DNA from: Candidatus Thorarchaeota archaeon
GTDB taxonomy: Archaea > Asgardarchaeota > Thorarchaeia > Thorarchaeales > Thorarchaeaceae
Length of the DNA stretch: 64,000 nucleotides
Direction: 5' to 3'
Assembly: GCA_048884965.1 (NCBI GenBank)
Contig: JBHLQH010000007.1
Coordinates: 64,001 to 128,000, forward strand
The notes below the pieces were generated by a model, which was not told the origin of the DNA, did not search any database, and saw nothing but the letters and a program-made list of their open reading frames with translations. Positions 47,961-57,388 of this stretch are shown here, one piece after another. How positions within the stretch are numbered: the stretch's first letter is position 1; each line of letters begins with the position of its first letter. The position numbers and the translations under genes were made by a program.

Positions 47961-49169
47961 CTACATCCTTTTCGCGGCATCTTCCAAAGCATCGACTAAG
48001 ACCAGTTGCTTTCCGGTGAGAAACTTCATGGTCGCTCCGCCACCTGTTGAAATGTGAGTGATATTATCTAATAGTCCTATTCGCTCTGCCATTGCACTTA
48101 CATGTCCTCCACCAACAACAGTGATACAGTCACAATCAGCAATGGCTTGTAGTACTTCTACAGTCCCATGAGTGAAGTCTTCTTTTTCAAAGAAGCCCAT
48201 AGGACCGTTTGCGAATGCCACCTTGGATTCTCTAACAATTTTTGCGAATTTCTTTGCAGTTCTTGGACCTATATCAAAGAAAGGATCTCCATTGAGCTCA
48301 TCAAGCTCGCATTCAACGCGCTTTCCATCTCTTTCTACTGCGGCATCTTCTGGAAGCAAAATGATATCAGAATATTTGTCAAGCAGCTCTTTTGCAGTAG
48401 AGATGACCTCATCATATTCTTTGATTGCTTTGCCATAGGATTCAGGGATGATACCCTTAGCTACAAGGAATAGATTTCCAATGAGTCCACCAAGAAGGAC
48501 ATTATCGGCGCGTCCGATTTCTAGAAGTTGTTCGATGATTTTTATCTTGTCTGGGACCTTGCTACCTCCTAGGACTAAGTTCCATGGGTGGAGTTCCCTT
48601 GCTGTTACTTTGCTCAGCTCTCGAATCTCCTTCTCCATAACACGTCCTGCAACTGAAGGTAATACTGCAGTAAATCCAACAATCGAAGCTTGCGCACGAT
48701 GAGCGGCTCCAAAAGCGTCATTGACGAATAGATCAAATAATGGATAGAGCTCTTGGACGATGGCTTCCTTTGATACTTCTTCTATCGATCCTGTCTTGTT
48801 CTCGCCATCAAACATCCTGACATTCTGTAGAACAAGAATCTCACCCACCTGCACATTTTTGATAGCTTCTTTGGCTTTCTCTCCGAAGATGTCATCCACA
48901 AAATGTGCATTGAATCCCAATTTCCTGAGAATCTCTGTATGTTGTTCTAATGAGATGAAGTCATCACTACCAGGTCTTCCCTGATGTGCCATTAGGACCA
49001 CTTTGCTCTTTGAGAGCTCATTTAGTGTGGGAGTCATGGCAATAATCCTAGAATCATTGGTAATCACCTTAGTATCAGGATCTAATGAGCAGTTTATATC
49101 AACCCGAATTAGAATACGTTTTCCTTCAAATTCAACATCATCTAGTGTCTTGAAAGGTAATGCCACCAT
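47961..49169 (-). CDS. pgk: Phosphoglycerate kinase
   Basis: RVDIN, AHQGRPG, NDAFGAAHRA, NGPMG, STGGGA. Confidence 0.96.
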   Translation of the reverse strand: MVALPFKTLDDVEFEGKRILIRVDINCSLDPDTKVITNDSRIIAMTPTLNELSKSKVVLMAHQGRPGSDDFISLEQHTEILRKLGFNAHFVDDIFGEKAKEAIKNVQVGEILVLQNVRMFDGENKTGSIEEVSKEAIVQELYPLFDLFVNDAFGAAHRAQASIVGFTAVLPSVAGRVMEKEIRELSKVTARELHPWNLVLGGSKVPDKIKIIEQLLEIGRADNVLLGGLIGNLFLVAKGIIPESYGKAIKEYDEVISTAKELLDKYSDIILLPEDAAVERDGKRVECELDELNGDPFFDIGPRTAKKFAKIVRESKVAFANGPMGFFEKEDFTHGTVEVLQAIADCDCITVVGGGHVSAMAERIGLLDNITHISTGGGATMKFLTGKQLVLVDALEDAAKRM

Positions 49170-49273
49170 CCATCACCATCCTTGGCAAGAAACTCACTGA
49201 GTGAGGAGTCGTCGTGGATATAGCTCCCTCAAAAATGTGCCTACTCAAGACCAAATATTTCGGACCTTAAATT

Positions 49274-50227
49274 ATGCAAGTCGGACTAGTCTATATGAAA
49301 AAGGTGCCACAGTTCGCGTTGAAGGTCGAGGGGAAGACCGTTCTGCGGTCTGATGATGCCGAGTCCATTCTCAGGGAAATGGCTCGACGTATCGATTCCG
49401 AGAATGAGGTGTCTTCCGAAGCTGAGATACCATCTGCTGGTCAAAGATTGTTCTCGGATGTAGTATACATCGCAGGACAAATCGTTGACTGGATGTATCA
49501 AGAGATTCCATCAGTCCATAGAACAGAAATGCATCTGGAGGGAGCGACAATTGATGACGAATACGACTATCCAGTTAGGAATGTCATTATCAAGATTGAA
49601 GGAGGCTCTCTTCAAAAGCTCCGGACTCATATAGAGCAAGAGATAGAGATTCGTGAATTCATGTATCATGACATCCTGTTTGAAATCCTAGATATCATCC
49701 ACAATGACACTCCTTGTCTGGTATTACAAATAATACCACGACCCAAGGTACCACTGGCTCCTGTAGGGGAGCACAAAGGTGGAATGCCCTTCAATCTACG
49801 AGAAGCCATAACTGATGAGCTAAGGAAGAACTCGCAACATACCTATACAAAGACAGTCATTCAAAGAATCTTGAATCGACATTGCAAATGTGAGCAAATT
49901 AGACACGGAATAAACCTGGTCGAGTTATCCTTGACCCAGAAGGAATTCTCTACCAACGAGATTCGAGCCGCAGAGATGTGTCTTGAATATCTCAGTGATA
50001 CACGGGAAGGGAAGAGCTTGCTTGGTATGTGGAATAATCGTGAAGCCATTCGAGGGAAATGGGATCAACGGGACATACCAAGCCGAGCGTTCATCTCGCA
50101 GGTCTACGAGTGGTTTGGGGACATACGAACGAGACAGTGTCATGAACTATCGCAATCCTACCGAGAACTCAGTCGTGTGAGTCAATTGGATGATGAAGTA
50201 CTAGAGCAAGCTAGTGCTCCAAAATAA
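49274..50227 (+). CDS. Hypothetical protein
   Basis: 317-aa ORF with no recognised motif. Confidence 0.55.
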   Translation: MQVGLVYMKKVPQFALKVEGKTVLRSDDAESILREMARRIDSENEVSSEAEIPSAGQRLFSDVVYIAGQIVDWMYQEIPSVHRTEMHLEGATIDDEYDYPVRNVIIKIEGGSLQKLRTHIEQEIEIREFMYHDILFEILDIIHNDTPCLVLQIIPRPKVPLAPVGEHKGGMPFNLREAITDELRKNSQHTYTKTVIQRILNRHCKCEQIRHGINLVELSLTQKEFSTNEIRAAEMCLEYLSDTREGKSLLGMWNNREAIRGKWDQRDIPSRAFISQVYEWFGDIRTRQCHELSQSYRELSRVSQLDDEVLEQASAPK

Positions 50228-50247
50228 TAGAGGTTGTGCTGCAGGAG

Positions 50248-50829
50248 TCATTGTTCTTTCTCATCGGCTCCTATTTGTATGACTTCAAGGAGTGCTGCCT
50301 CAGCATGAGAATCGGCGATTTCATTTAGCGTGTTCAAGTCTGGAGAAGGAACATCAAGAGCATCTGAATACTTATCCAAATAGACCTCTATGTGATTCTT
50401 GATGAGCCCAAGCAATGGCAGTATCTTGCTGATTGTTATTGCAATTCTTTCAGATGTGGTCTTATCTTGGACCAGCTGTATGGCATCAAGTATCTGAATG
50501 GTATTAATGACCAGCTGACGAGAATTGATATCACGCATATACACAAAGGCTTCTCCAGCCTTCTGGTGAAATTCCTGTGAATCAAGCCCCAAATCCTTAT
50601 ACTGGATAGATTTGTACATCATCATGAACAGATTGATCTTACTCAGTCCTTCCAGAACCAAGCTATAGAAAGGAAGAAGCCTGTTGGCAATCGCATCCAT
50701 CGCAGTTTTTCTTCGATTGTTTCTGCTTTCAGATATCCAAGCAACAATCATTCCAAGAATCGCGATAGCTACTGAAGCAATGGAAATAACTGTCCCTATA
50801 TCAATCAAGGTAAGCTCGGTCTGCAACAA
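50248..50829 (-). CDS. Single-pass membrane protein downstream of the small GTPase
   Basis: N-terminal TM followed by RNNRRK; GAGGTG SD; 12 bp from the GTPase stop. Confidence 0.6.
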   Translation of the reverse strand: MLQTELTLIDIGTVISIASVAIAILGMIVAWISESRNNRRKTAMDAIANRLLPFYSLVLEGLSKINLFMMMYKSIQYKDLGLDSQEFHQKAGEAFVYMRDINSRQLVINTIQILDAIQLVQDKTTSERIAITISKILPLLGLIKNHIEVYLDKYSDALDVPSPDLNTLNEIADSHAEAALLEVIQIGADEKEQ

Positions 50830-50841
50830 ATCAAGTCACCT

Positions 50842-51378
50842 CTATGCCAAAGCATTCAGGCTACATCGTACAAGAGATGTGAACATATGCTCTATACTGT
50901 GAGTATCCTTTGCACTGGTCTGAAAGCATAATGTCTTGATATTCATTTGATTCTCTACCTCACTTGCCAAGCTCTGTAGTTGATCCTCAGAGATCTTCAC
51001 CTCATCTGCCATATCTGATTTGTTGCCAACTACTGCAACACAACCAATCTTGGCACCTTTTGTACACGGGATTATCTCGTCGTGTAGATAATGCTTTGCG
51101 ATTTCCAGTGTTTCAGAACGCGTCAGATCAATCATCAAAATAAGCGCGCTTAGACCAACATAGTACATGGAGCGAACTGATCCAAAATGTTCCTGTCCTG
51201 CAAGATCCCAAAGTTGAAGCTTGACCTCCTTTTCACCGATATTCAGTTGTCGTAATGAAAAGTCAGCTCCGATCGTCATCATCAGGTTCTTTGGAAACCC
51301 CTTTCCTATGAAAACATGACATGCCGCTGTCTTTCCTACTGCACCTGGGCCAACAATAACGAGTTTCATGGGGTTCAT
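50842..51378 (-). CDS. Rab-like small GTPase (eukaryotic signature protein)
   Basis: G1 GPGAVGKT, G2 TIGADF, G3 WDLAGQE, G4 GNKSD, G5 TSAK. Confidence 0.9.
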   Translation of the reverse strand: MNPMKLVIVGPGAVGKTAACHVFIGKGFPKNLMMTIGADFSLRQLNIGEKEVKLQLWDLAGQEHFGSVRSMYYVGLSALILMIDLTRSETLEIAKHYLHDEIIPCTKGAKIGCVAVVGNKSDMADEVKISEDQLQSLASEVENQMNIKTLCFQTSAKDTHSIEHMFTSLVRCSLNALA

Positions 51379-51449
51379 CTTGCTTCATCTCACAGGACTA
51401 AACCGGATATGGTAGATTGCTGCATGATATAGTTACCGTCTGAGAGAAA

Positions 51450-51619
51450 TGGTGCCGCAGGGGGGAAGCCGTGGTTAGATGGAATTCATCTAACCTTTCG
51501 AGCCCCCGACTTCGAGATTTCTCATCTCGGGCCTTCGAGACGTTGACCCCATAGTTTAGGTCGATTGAGTCGACCAAGATTATGAGTCTCGCGCCCTAAC
51601 CAGGCTAGGCCACTGCGGC
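51450..51619 (-). tRNA. Elongator-type tRNA-Met(CAT) with two introns (37/38, 51519-51580; 59/60, 51467-51496)
   Basis: GCCGCAG/CTGCGGC, CGAGA-CT-CAT-A|A-TCTCG, BHB CTCA/TGAG; T-loop reads CTCGAA|T. Confidence 0.85.
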
Positions 51620-51717
51620 AGTTGACTCAGCATATCCGACAAATGTCAGAATATCTGCTCGCAGGTCACACATTGAAGCGTCTATAAAAGTTGTCCTTCA
51701 GCCACATCAAATCCTAT

Positions 51718-53631
51718 CTACCCTAAGATCTTCTTCACTTCAGCGGCAATGAGGTCCCTGACAATCTTCCCATCAGCCTTACCTCGAAGTTCATTCATTA
51801 TAAGACCCATAAGCCCCCCGATAGCCCTCTCGCCTTGTTCCCGAATGAACTCCTCACGTTCGGCAACTACCCTCTTGATAACACTCACAATCTCACTTTG
51901 ATCCACTTTGCCAAGACCAGTTCCATTCAAAGCATCATCCATCGACGCCTCAGGATTCTTCGATAGGAACGTCAATATCTCAGGAATCGCATCAGTAGAT
52001 ACCTTGTCCTCGGCCACAGTAAGAAAGAGCTCCTCAAAGTGGTCATCAGTAAGAGAGTCTACAGGGATTCCATCACGTGATAGGCTTACTAGTGTATTCT
52101 CCAAAGTCACTGCTACCAGAGTGGGGTCGACCTTGACCTCTCGTACGATGAACTCATACAGGTCAAGATTCTGAGATCGGATTATCTGCGAGGCAAGCTC
52201 AGTGCTCAAACCATGGTCCTTGATGAATCGCTGCTCTCGTTTCTCCAAGGTTTCGGGCATACTTCTTTCGATTGACTTCAATCGGGCTACAGTGATTTTC
52301 TCAGGCCGGACATCAGTTTCAGGATACATCCGTTGCGCCCCGGGCCTTGGTCGCGCATACTTTGTCGTGCCCTCTGGAAGTGGCATACGAGTTTCAGCTG
52401 GCACTCCGATGGCCGCTTCTCTAGCTCGCTTTACAACGGCATCAAGGGCATCTTGACAGTTCTCGGACTGTGCAGCGACGATTACTATTGCATCTTGGTC
52501 TGATGCATTGAAATGCTTTCGAAGGTTGGATACATCATTCTCAGTTATCCCATACTTTGGTAGCTCATCAGTATGGAAGATACCTCCCACATTTCCCCAG
52601 AACTTGGCATAGTCTGAGAGCTCTGTGCCCAAACGTCGATCTGGTTGCACCTCACGGCCTACGAGTCCAGCAAACCCGGGCAGCTTCACTCCATAAACTG
52701 CGCCTCCAGACTTGATGGCTCCTTTGATTACCTTTGACTCACTGTTAGCGAATAGAGTGGTGATATCGTGAATGTCTTCCTCAATGCACTCAGGCGTAAT
52801 TCCTCTTGTTACTAACTCATCACGAATCCTAAGCAAATTTTCCTGCCGAAGTGCTTCATACTCCACGACCATAGCAAGCATATCGAGCTGCTGCAATCCC
52901 TTGATTTCTGTGATCGCTCCACCCTTTATAGAAACATTGACATCTTGGCGTATGGTCCCGATTCCTCTTTTCACCTTTCCAGTGGCTCGAAGAAGCAGTC
53001 CTATCGCGAGTGCGACCTCTTGAGCCTCAGAAGGAGAGCGTATGTCTGGTGCTGTCGCGATCTCGATGAGGGGAATTCCCAAGCGATCCAAACGATAGAT
53101 ACGAGTATTGTTCTTGTCATCATCAGCTATCTTTCGTGCTGCATCTTCCTCTACTGCAATGGTCTGAATTCCGATTTCCTTTCCTCCCACAACCAATTTG
53201 CCACCAAGAGCGACAATGACAGTACGTTGGAATCCAGTTGTATTCGAACCATCGATCACAACCTTTCGCATCGAATGAACTTCATCAACTGGCTCAGAGC
53301 CCAGAAAGTTAGCAAGGGTAAGACAGATGTCGATGGATTCACTAGATATATCGTGAGGTGGCTCCTCATCTGCTTCCACCAAGCATGTCGAATCATTATA
53401 GTATTCATAGCAGAATCTTTTCTTTCGCTGGAACTCAAAGAGAGCTGCTGGATCTATCTCTCCCATCTCGCTCTTGGTCGGTCGAAGCCGTCGGATGAAG
53501 GTTCCATGGGGTGCATCTTCACGAATGGTTGTTGGGCAATGACAGAAGAGCTTACGTTTCGTGTCCAGCTGCTGATGTAGTTCTAACCCCACCATCAATC
53601 CAAGTTCCTCATACCTTGAGTCATCCCTCAC
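51718..53631 (-). CDS. gatE: Glu-tRNA(Gln) amidotransferase subunit E
   Basis: GLELHQQL, DGSNTTGFQRT, LDRLGIPLIEI, RMYPETD. Confidence 0.96.
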   Translation of the reverse strand: MRDDSRYEELGLMVGLELHQQLDTKRKLFCHCPTTIREDAPHGTFIRRLRPTKSEMGEIDPAALFEFQRKKRFCYEYYNDSTCLVEADEEPPHDISSESIDICLTLANFLGSEPVDEVHSMRKVVIDGSNTTGFQRTVIVALGGKLVVGGKEIGIQTIAVEEDAARKIADDDKNNTRIYRLDRLGIPLIEIATAPDIRSPSEAQEVALAIGLLLRATGKVKRGIGTIRQDVNVSIKGGAITEIKGLQQLDMLAMVVEYEALRQENLLRIRDELVTRGITPECIEEDIHDITTLFANSESKVIKGAIKSGGAVYGVKLPGFAGLVGREVQPDRRLGTELSDYAKFWGNVGGIFHTDELPKYGITENDVSNLRKHFNASDQDAIVIVAAQSENCQDALDAVVKRAREAAIGVPAETRMPLPEGTTKYARPRPGAQRMYPETDVRPEKITVARLKSIERSMPETLEKREQRFIKDHGLSTELASQIIRSQNLDLYEFIVREVKVDPTLVAVTLENTLVSLSRDGIPVDSLTDDHFEELFLTVAEDKVSTDAIPEILTFLSKNPEASMDDALNGTGLGKVDQSEIVSVIKRVVAEREEFIREQGERAIGGLMGLIMNELRGKADGKIVRDLIAAEVKKILG

Positions 53632-53634
53632 CTA

Positions 53635-54984
53635 TTACACCCCCATACCAGTATCATATTCAGCAACTTCACTCCGCATATCGAGCTCTCCTGCAAGGGA
53701 CACTGCCATCAGTGCCTTGGCATCCTCAGTTGTCTTAGTATTAGCTAGCAACCACATGAGCTTGACAAGTGCAGTTTCTGATATTGTATTCTCACAGGAT
53801 ACTACTCCAATATCGAGTAATTGCACTCCTGATCGGTATACATTCATATCCACCCGTCCGTTGATGCATTGTGTTGTCATTGCTACGACCATTCCTGCAT
53901 CAATGGCACGCTTTAGCGAGGGTTGAAGCGAATCTGGGGTATGTCCCAGTCCAGTTCCTTCAATGACAACCCCACGATATCCATTGTCCACAAAGCTATC
54001 AATGAGTAACCCATCCATTCCAGGATAGGTCTTCACTAGGGCTACCTTGCTCTCGAACTTTGGTTTGACCTGGAGAGATCTTGTACTATCTCTTCTCAGT
54101 AATGGCTCAGAGATCTCCTCAATTCTATCATCTAGGATCCGAAATAGGGGATAGCTATTGATGGATTGGAACGCATCACGACGACTAGAATGGAGCTTGC
54201 GCACACGAGTACCTCTATGTGCATAGAGAAATGAATCATCGGTTTCACCATGCATTGCCACCATGACCTCTGCAACATCAGCTCTACCCGCGAGTCTGGT
54301 AGCTCCAATCAGATTCGAAGCGGCATCCGAGGATGGTCTGTCAGAGGAACGTTGAGAGCCAACGAGTACAATTGGAATCGGAAGATTATGCAGTGCAAAT
54401 GAGAGGGCAGCTGCCGTATAGCCCATAGTATCTGTTCCATGAGCTATGACAAGACCATCAACATCACTTCTAATCTCAGTCGCTATTCTCTTAGCTATCT
54501 GGCTCCAGTCAGCAGGGGTGATATTCTCTGAGAGGATACTCATGAGAATCTTGGCATGGACATTGGCATACTCCTTTAGCTCTGGAACAGCATCATAGAG
54601 ATCTTGGGCACTAAGTGCGGGATTCACAGCTCCAGTTCTATAGTCTACTCTGCTGGCTATCGTCCCCCCTGTGCTCAAGACCGATACAGAAGGAAGATTC
54701 GGGTCAGATCCCGCTTCAACCAATGACACTTCCGGTCTGATGCTCCTAGGCGACTTCCCTTTCTTAATCACGGTATCTTGGGCTACTCGAATGCCCAAAT
54801 TATATCCATTCTCAAGTTTGATGACAATATGATTTGGGTCCGATCCCACTTGGCTTCTTGGCATCAATATCCCTACATACTTCTTCTCACCCTGCTCTAT
54901 CAGGATAGTATTCCCTATCTTAGCAGCAATAGAGTCGAGCTTCTCATACACCAATCCGCTATAGCCCGAGCCTTCCAGACTCAC
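53635..54984 (-). CDS. gatD: Glu-tRNA(Gln) amidotransferase subunit D
   Basis: TGGTIASRVDYRTGAV, HGTDT, SQRSSDRPSSD. Confidence 0.96.
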   Translation of the reverse strand: MSLEGSGYSGLVYEKLDSIAAKIGNTILIEQGEKKYVGILMPRSQVGSDPNHIVIKLENGYNLGIRVAQDTVIKKGKSPRSIRPEVSLVEAGSDPNLPSVSVLSTGGTIASRVDYRTGAVNPALSAQDLYDAVPELKEYANVHAKILMSILSENITPADWSQIAKRIATEIRSDVDGLVIAHGTDTMGYTAAALSFALHNLPIPIVLVGSQRSSDRPSSDAASNLIGATRLAGRADVAEVMVAMHGETDDSFLYAHRGTRVRKLHSSRRDAFQSINSYPLFRILDDRIEEISEPLLRRDSTRSLQVKPKFESKVALVKTYPGMDGLLIDSFVDNGYRGVVIEGTGLGHTPDSLQPSLKRAIDAGMVVAMTTQCINGRVDMNVYRSGVQLLDIGVVSCENTISETALVKLMWLLANTKTTEDAKALMAVSLAGELDMRSEVAEYDTGMGV

Positions 54985-55047
54985 TCTTCAACACCTCAAT
55001 GTTCCTAGAACAACGCTTGCCGGCTCAGACATAAAGTCTTCGAATCA

Positions 55048-55611
55048 TCAGATTATTCCAAAGATGACAAGAACCCCAAACGCGATGAACACTACACCAG
55101 CGACTCTCTTGACAGTCTTCATAGACACCCTACATGCAACCCATTCACCTGCATAGACTCCAAGTAGATTCACGATGAGGAATCCGATGACTGCACCAAT
55201 GAGTACCAGAATTGGAAACAGCGATTGGACAGACAATGCAAGTATCGCTAGCTGGCTCTTATCCCCCAACTCAGAGAACAAGATTAGCGATACCATACTC
55301 ATGAACGTTCCGGGACTATCACAGACCTCAGCCTCTTCAGACCCACTTCTTACAATGCTATAGATGCCCAGTCCAATGAAAAGAAGGCCAGATATGTAGA
55401 CAATGAAATCTATTGGAAGTGTAGCTGAAAGCACCACTCCTACGATTACAGCTATCAGTGTCGAGGTCGCAAGAGCAATCATGGTCGCAGCGAGAACGAT
55501 CCATGGCCTTCTATATTGAGCGCTCAGACACATAGCTGTTAGCATGGTCTTGTCTCCTAGTTCTGTTATCAGAATAAGACCAACAGAGGAAAGAAGTGTT
55601 TCAAAAGGCAT
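55048..55611 (-). CDS. TMEM165/GDT1 (UPF0016) cation transporter
   Basis: Two ELGDK[T/S] motifs. Confidence 0.9.
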   Translation of the reverse strand: MPFETLLSSVGLILITELGDKTMLTAMCLSAQYRRPWIVLAATMIALATSTLIAVIVGVVLSATLPIDFIVYISGLLFIGLGIYSIVRSGSEEAEVCDSPGTFMSMVSLILFSELGDKSQLAILALSVQSLFPILVLIGAVIGFLIVNLLGVYAGEWVACRVSMKTVKRVAGVVFIAFGVLVIFGII

Positions 55612-55663
55612 AAGTTCGCTTGCCTTTCATACCTCCTTTAGAAGGTATCCATAGGTGTAATTT

Positions 55664-56974
55664 CTATCCTTTGAGGTATCTCTCCTGAAGTACCCGAGTC
55701 ATCCCATTGTTCTGAATGATATCCTTGAACATGAACGCGCTCTCGCGAGGCTGTCGATTCAGCGTTTGATGTTCCATGCCAACCAGACCAAAATCACTGC
55801 CAAATCCCTCCGCCCACTCGAAGTTCGTGACCCAAGTCCAGATCAGGTACCCCCGGATGTCTATCCCATCCTGTATCGCTCTATGGACTTGCTGCAAATG
55901 TTTCATGATGTATTTACGCTTGAGAGAGTCATCTGTCGTCCCGATTCCGTTCTCTGTCATCCAAAGGGGCTTTTGATACTTCTCCCAGTATGATTTGATG
56001 AGTGGATAGTATCCTTCAGGATACACCTCCCAGTCAAGGCCATCACATCTTTCTGCAATAGTCTTTTCCGGGGCTTCTCCTGCCAAGAAGTCCATCTCTG
56101 AGGAAACAACCTGTCGACTGTAGTAGTTCATACCAATGAAATCAACAGAGTTCTCTAGTTGCTTGTACCGGAACTCATTACCATCTGCATCTGGTACCTT
56201 AGCCGTCACAGCTCCTCGTACCCAGGCTTGATTGTATAGATCATCAAGATAGTTCGCCAGTTCGATGTCCTCAGGACTTTCAGCATTCTGAGGCATGAAG
56301 TAGGAAACACTGAGGACTGGTGCGATCAATGGCTGTTCCTTTCCCTGTTCCGTATAGACCTCTCGAACAGATGTAGCAGCCTGACCATGTGCCATAAGCA
56401 TGTGCTGGGTGACAGTCATAGCCTTTCCAAAGTCCTTCTCTTGAGGGGGAAAGTCCCCGAAAAGATACCCCGCGGCCGCGATGACCATGGGCTCATTTAT
56501 CGTATTCCAGATTATATCCAAATCCGAAAGGGCTTCTGCAACCTTTCGGGCATAGATGCCAAATATCTCAGGCGCCTCAGGATTCAACCATGATCCCATG
56601 TCACGGAACCAAAGCGGGATGGTGAAATGATGAAGGGTGAGCATTGGCTGTATCCCGCGTTCAAGCAAGGAACTAACGACCTTTCTGTAGTGGCCAAGTT
56701 CCTTCTCGTTCCATCTACCTTGAACTGGCTCAATTCGGCTCCATTCCACAGAGAAACGATGCACATGATGGCCAAACTCCTTCATCAGATCAAAATCATC
56801 TTCGAACCGAGCATAGTGGTCACATGCGACGCTCGCATTCTTTCCATCCTTGATATTACCTGGAATCTTCTCCCATTCACTCCAATCATTATGAGTTCCT
56901 CCTTCGCTCTGATGAGCAGAAGAAGCAGTGCCCCATCTGAAGCCATCTGGGAAAATGAGGTCCTTGTAGTCCAT
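55664..56974 (-). CDS. Glycoside hydrolase family 1 beta-glycosidase
   Basis: FPDGFRWG, HQSEG, TINEP, MTENG; start moved to ATG 56974 because the longer ORF overlaps tRNA-Leu. Confidence 0.92.
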   Translation of the reverse strand: MDYKDLIFPDGFRWGTASSAHQSEGGTHNDWSEWEKIPGNIKDGKNASVACDHYARFEDDFDLMKEFGHHVHRFSVEWSRIEPVQGRWNEKELGHYRKVVSSLLERGIQPMLTLHHFTIPLWFRDMGSWLNPEAPEIFGIYARKVAEALSDLDIIWNTINEPMVIAAAGYLFGDFPPQEKDFGKAMTVTQHMLMAHGQAATSVREVYTEQGKEQPLIAPVLSVSYFMPQNAESPEDIELANYLDDLYNQAWVRGAVTAKVPDADGNEFRYKQLENSVDFIGMNYYSRQVVSSEMDFLAGEAPEKTIAERCDGLDWEVYPEGYYPLIKSYWEKYQKPLWMTENGIGTTDDSLKRKYIMKHLQQVHRAIQDGIDIRGYLIWTWVTNFEWAEGFGSDFGLVGMEHQTLNRQPRESAFMFKDIIQNNGMTRVLQERYLKG

Positions 56975-57029
56975 TGTAATCCTGTTTGAAACACCTTTCG
57001 ACTCAATAAGGGTATCTCTTGGAATATTG

Positions 57030-57147
57030 TGGTGCGGGAGGAGGGACATCCTACCCATATGGCAACCAGATGGGTGTTCGAACCCTCGAACTCCTACGAG
57101 AGAGGATCTTAAGTCCTCCGCCTTTGACCTGGCTGGGCGACTCCCGC
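57030..57147 (-). tRNA. tRNA-Leu(TAA) with 30-nt intron at 59/60 (57047-57076)
   Basis: GCGGGAG/CTCCCGC, GAGGA-CT-TAA-GA-TCCTC, long variable arm, TTCGAA|intron|T. Confidence 0.92.
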
Positions 57148-57252
57148 TTTGATCAAAGTCTGACCCCACGTCTTACCTTCATAGGAACTCACCGCATGTG
57201 TTCCCACCATTGTATTACAAGTAATAACAATTGATGTTGAGGAATGCAAAGA

Positions 57253-57360
57253 TGGTGGGCCGCGCCGGATTTTTTGGCCACAAGCTCGTATGGAGCCCAT
57301 GTGAACCAGCGACCTCCTCGGTGTAAACGAGGCATCATAGCCGGGCTAGACTAGCGGCCC
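57253..57360 (-). tRNA. tRNA-Val(TAC) with 30-nt intron at 56/57 (57273-57302)
   Basis: CCTCG-TT-TAC-AC-CGAGG; central helix TGGT/GCCA with bulges TC|A and AA|A. Confidence 0.92.
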
Positions 57361-57388
57361 ATGATTGCGTTTGCGTTCTAGTTCTCAG

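Larger units (their letters stand above)
25290..57220. repeat. Dispersed palindrome family A (TTGTAWTACAA in 9-bp-period arrays)
   Basis: Exact 11-mers at 32247, 33896, 36684, 37919, 38512, 39310, 40755, 57210; near-exact at 25290, 28552, 30030, 31023, 31522, 32555, 33302, 35359, 45869. Confidence 0.9.

Noticed and set aside
40700-51450. Integrated element bounded by tRNA-Thr or tRNA-Met
   Set aside because: No integrase or transposase and no duplicated tRNA 3' end seen; the region contains core genes rpiA and pgk
51540-51552. tRNA-Met intron (GGGGTCA) as the target of the sRNA D' guide
   Set aside because: Only 7 nt of complementarity, too short to support
52945-53580. Long antisense ORFs opposite gatE, DUF2110 (58118-58654), mtnA (60317-60916) and others
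   Set aside because: Shadows of well-conserved genes with no recognisable motifs
25290-57220. Repeat families A and B as a CRISPR array
   Set aside because: Units are 11-21 bp, irregularly spaced hundreds to thousands of bp apart, with no constant-length spacers and no cas operon
56975-57300. N-terminal extension of the GH1 ORF and small ORFs at 57019-57300 (likewise 2291-2494 and 9648-9857)
   Set aside because: They overlap tRNA genes; the true GH1 start is 56974
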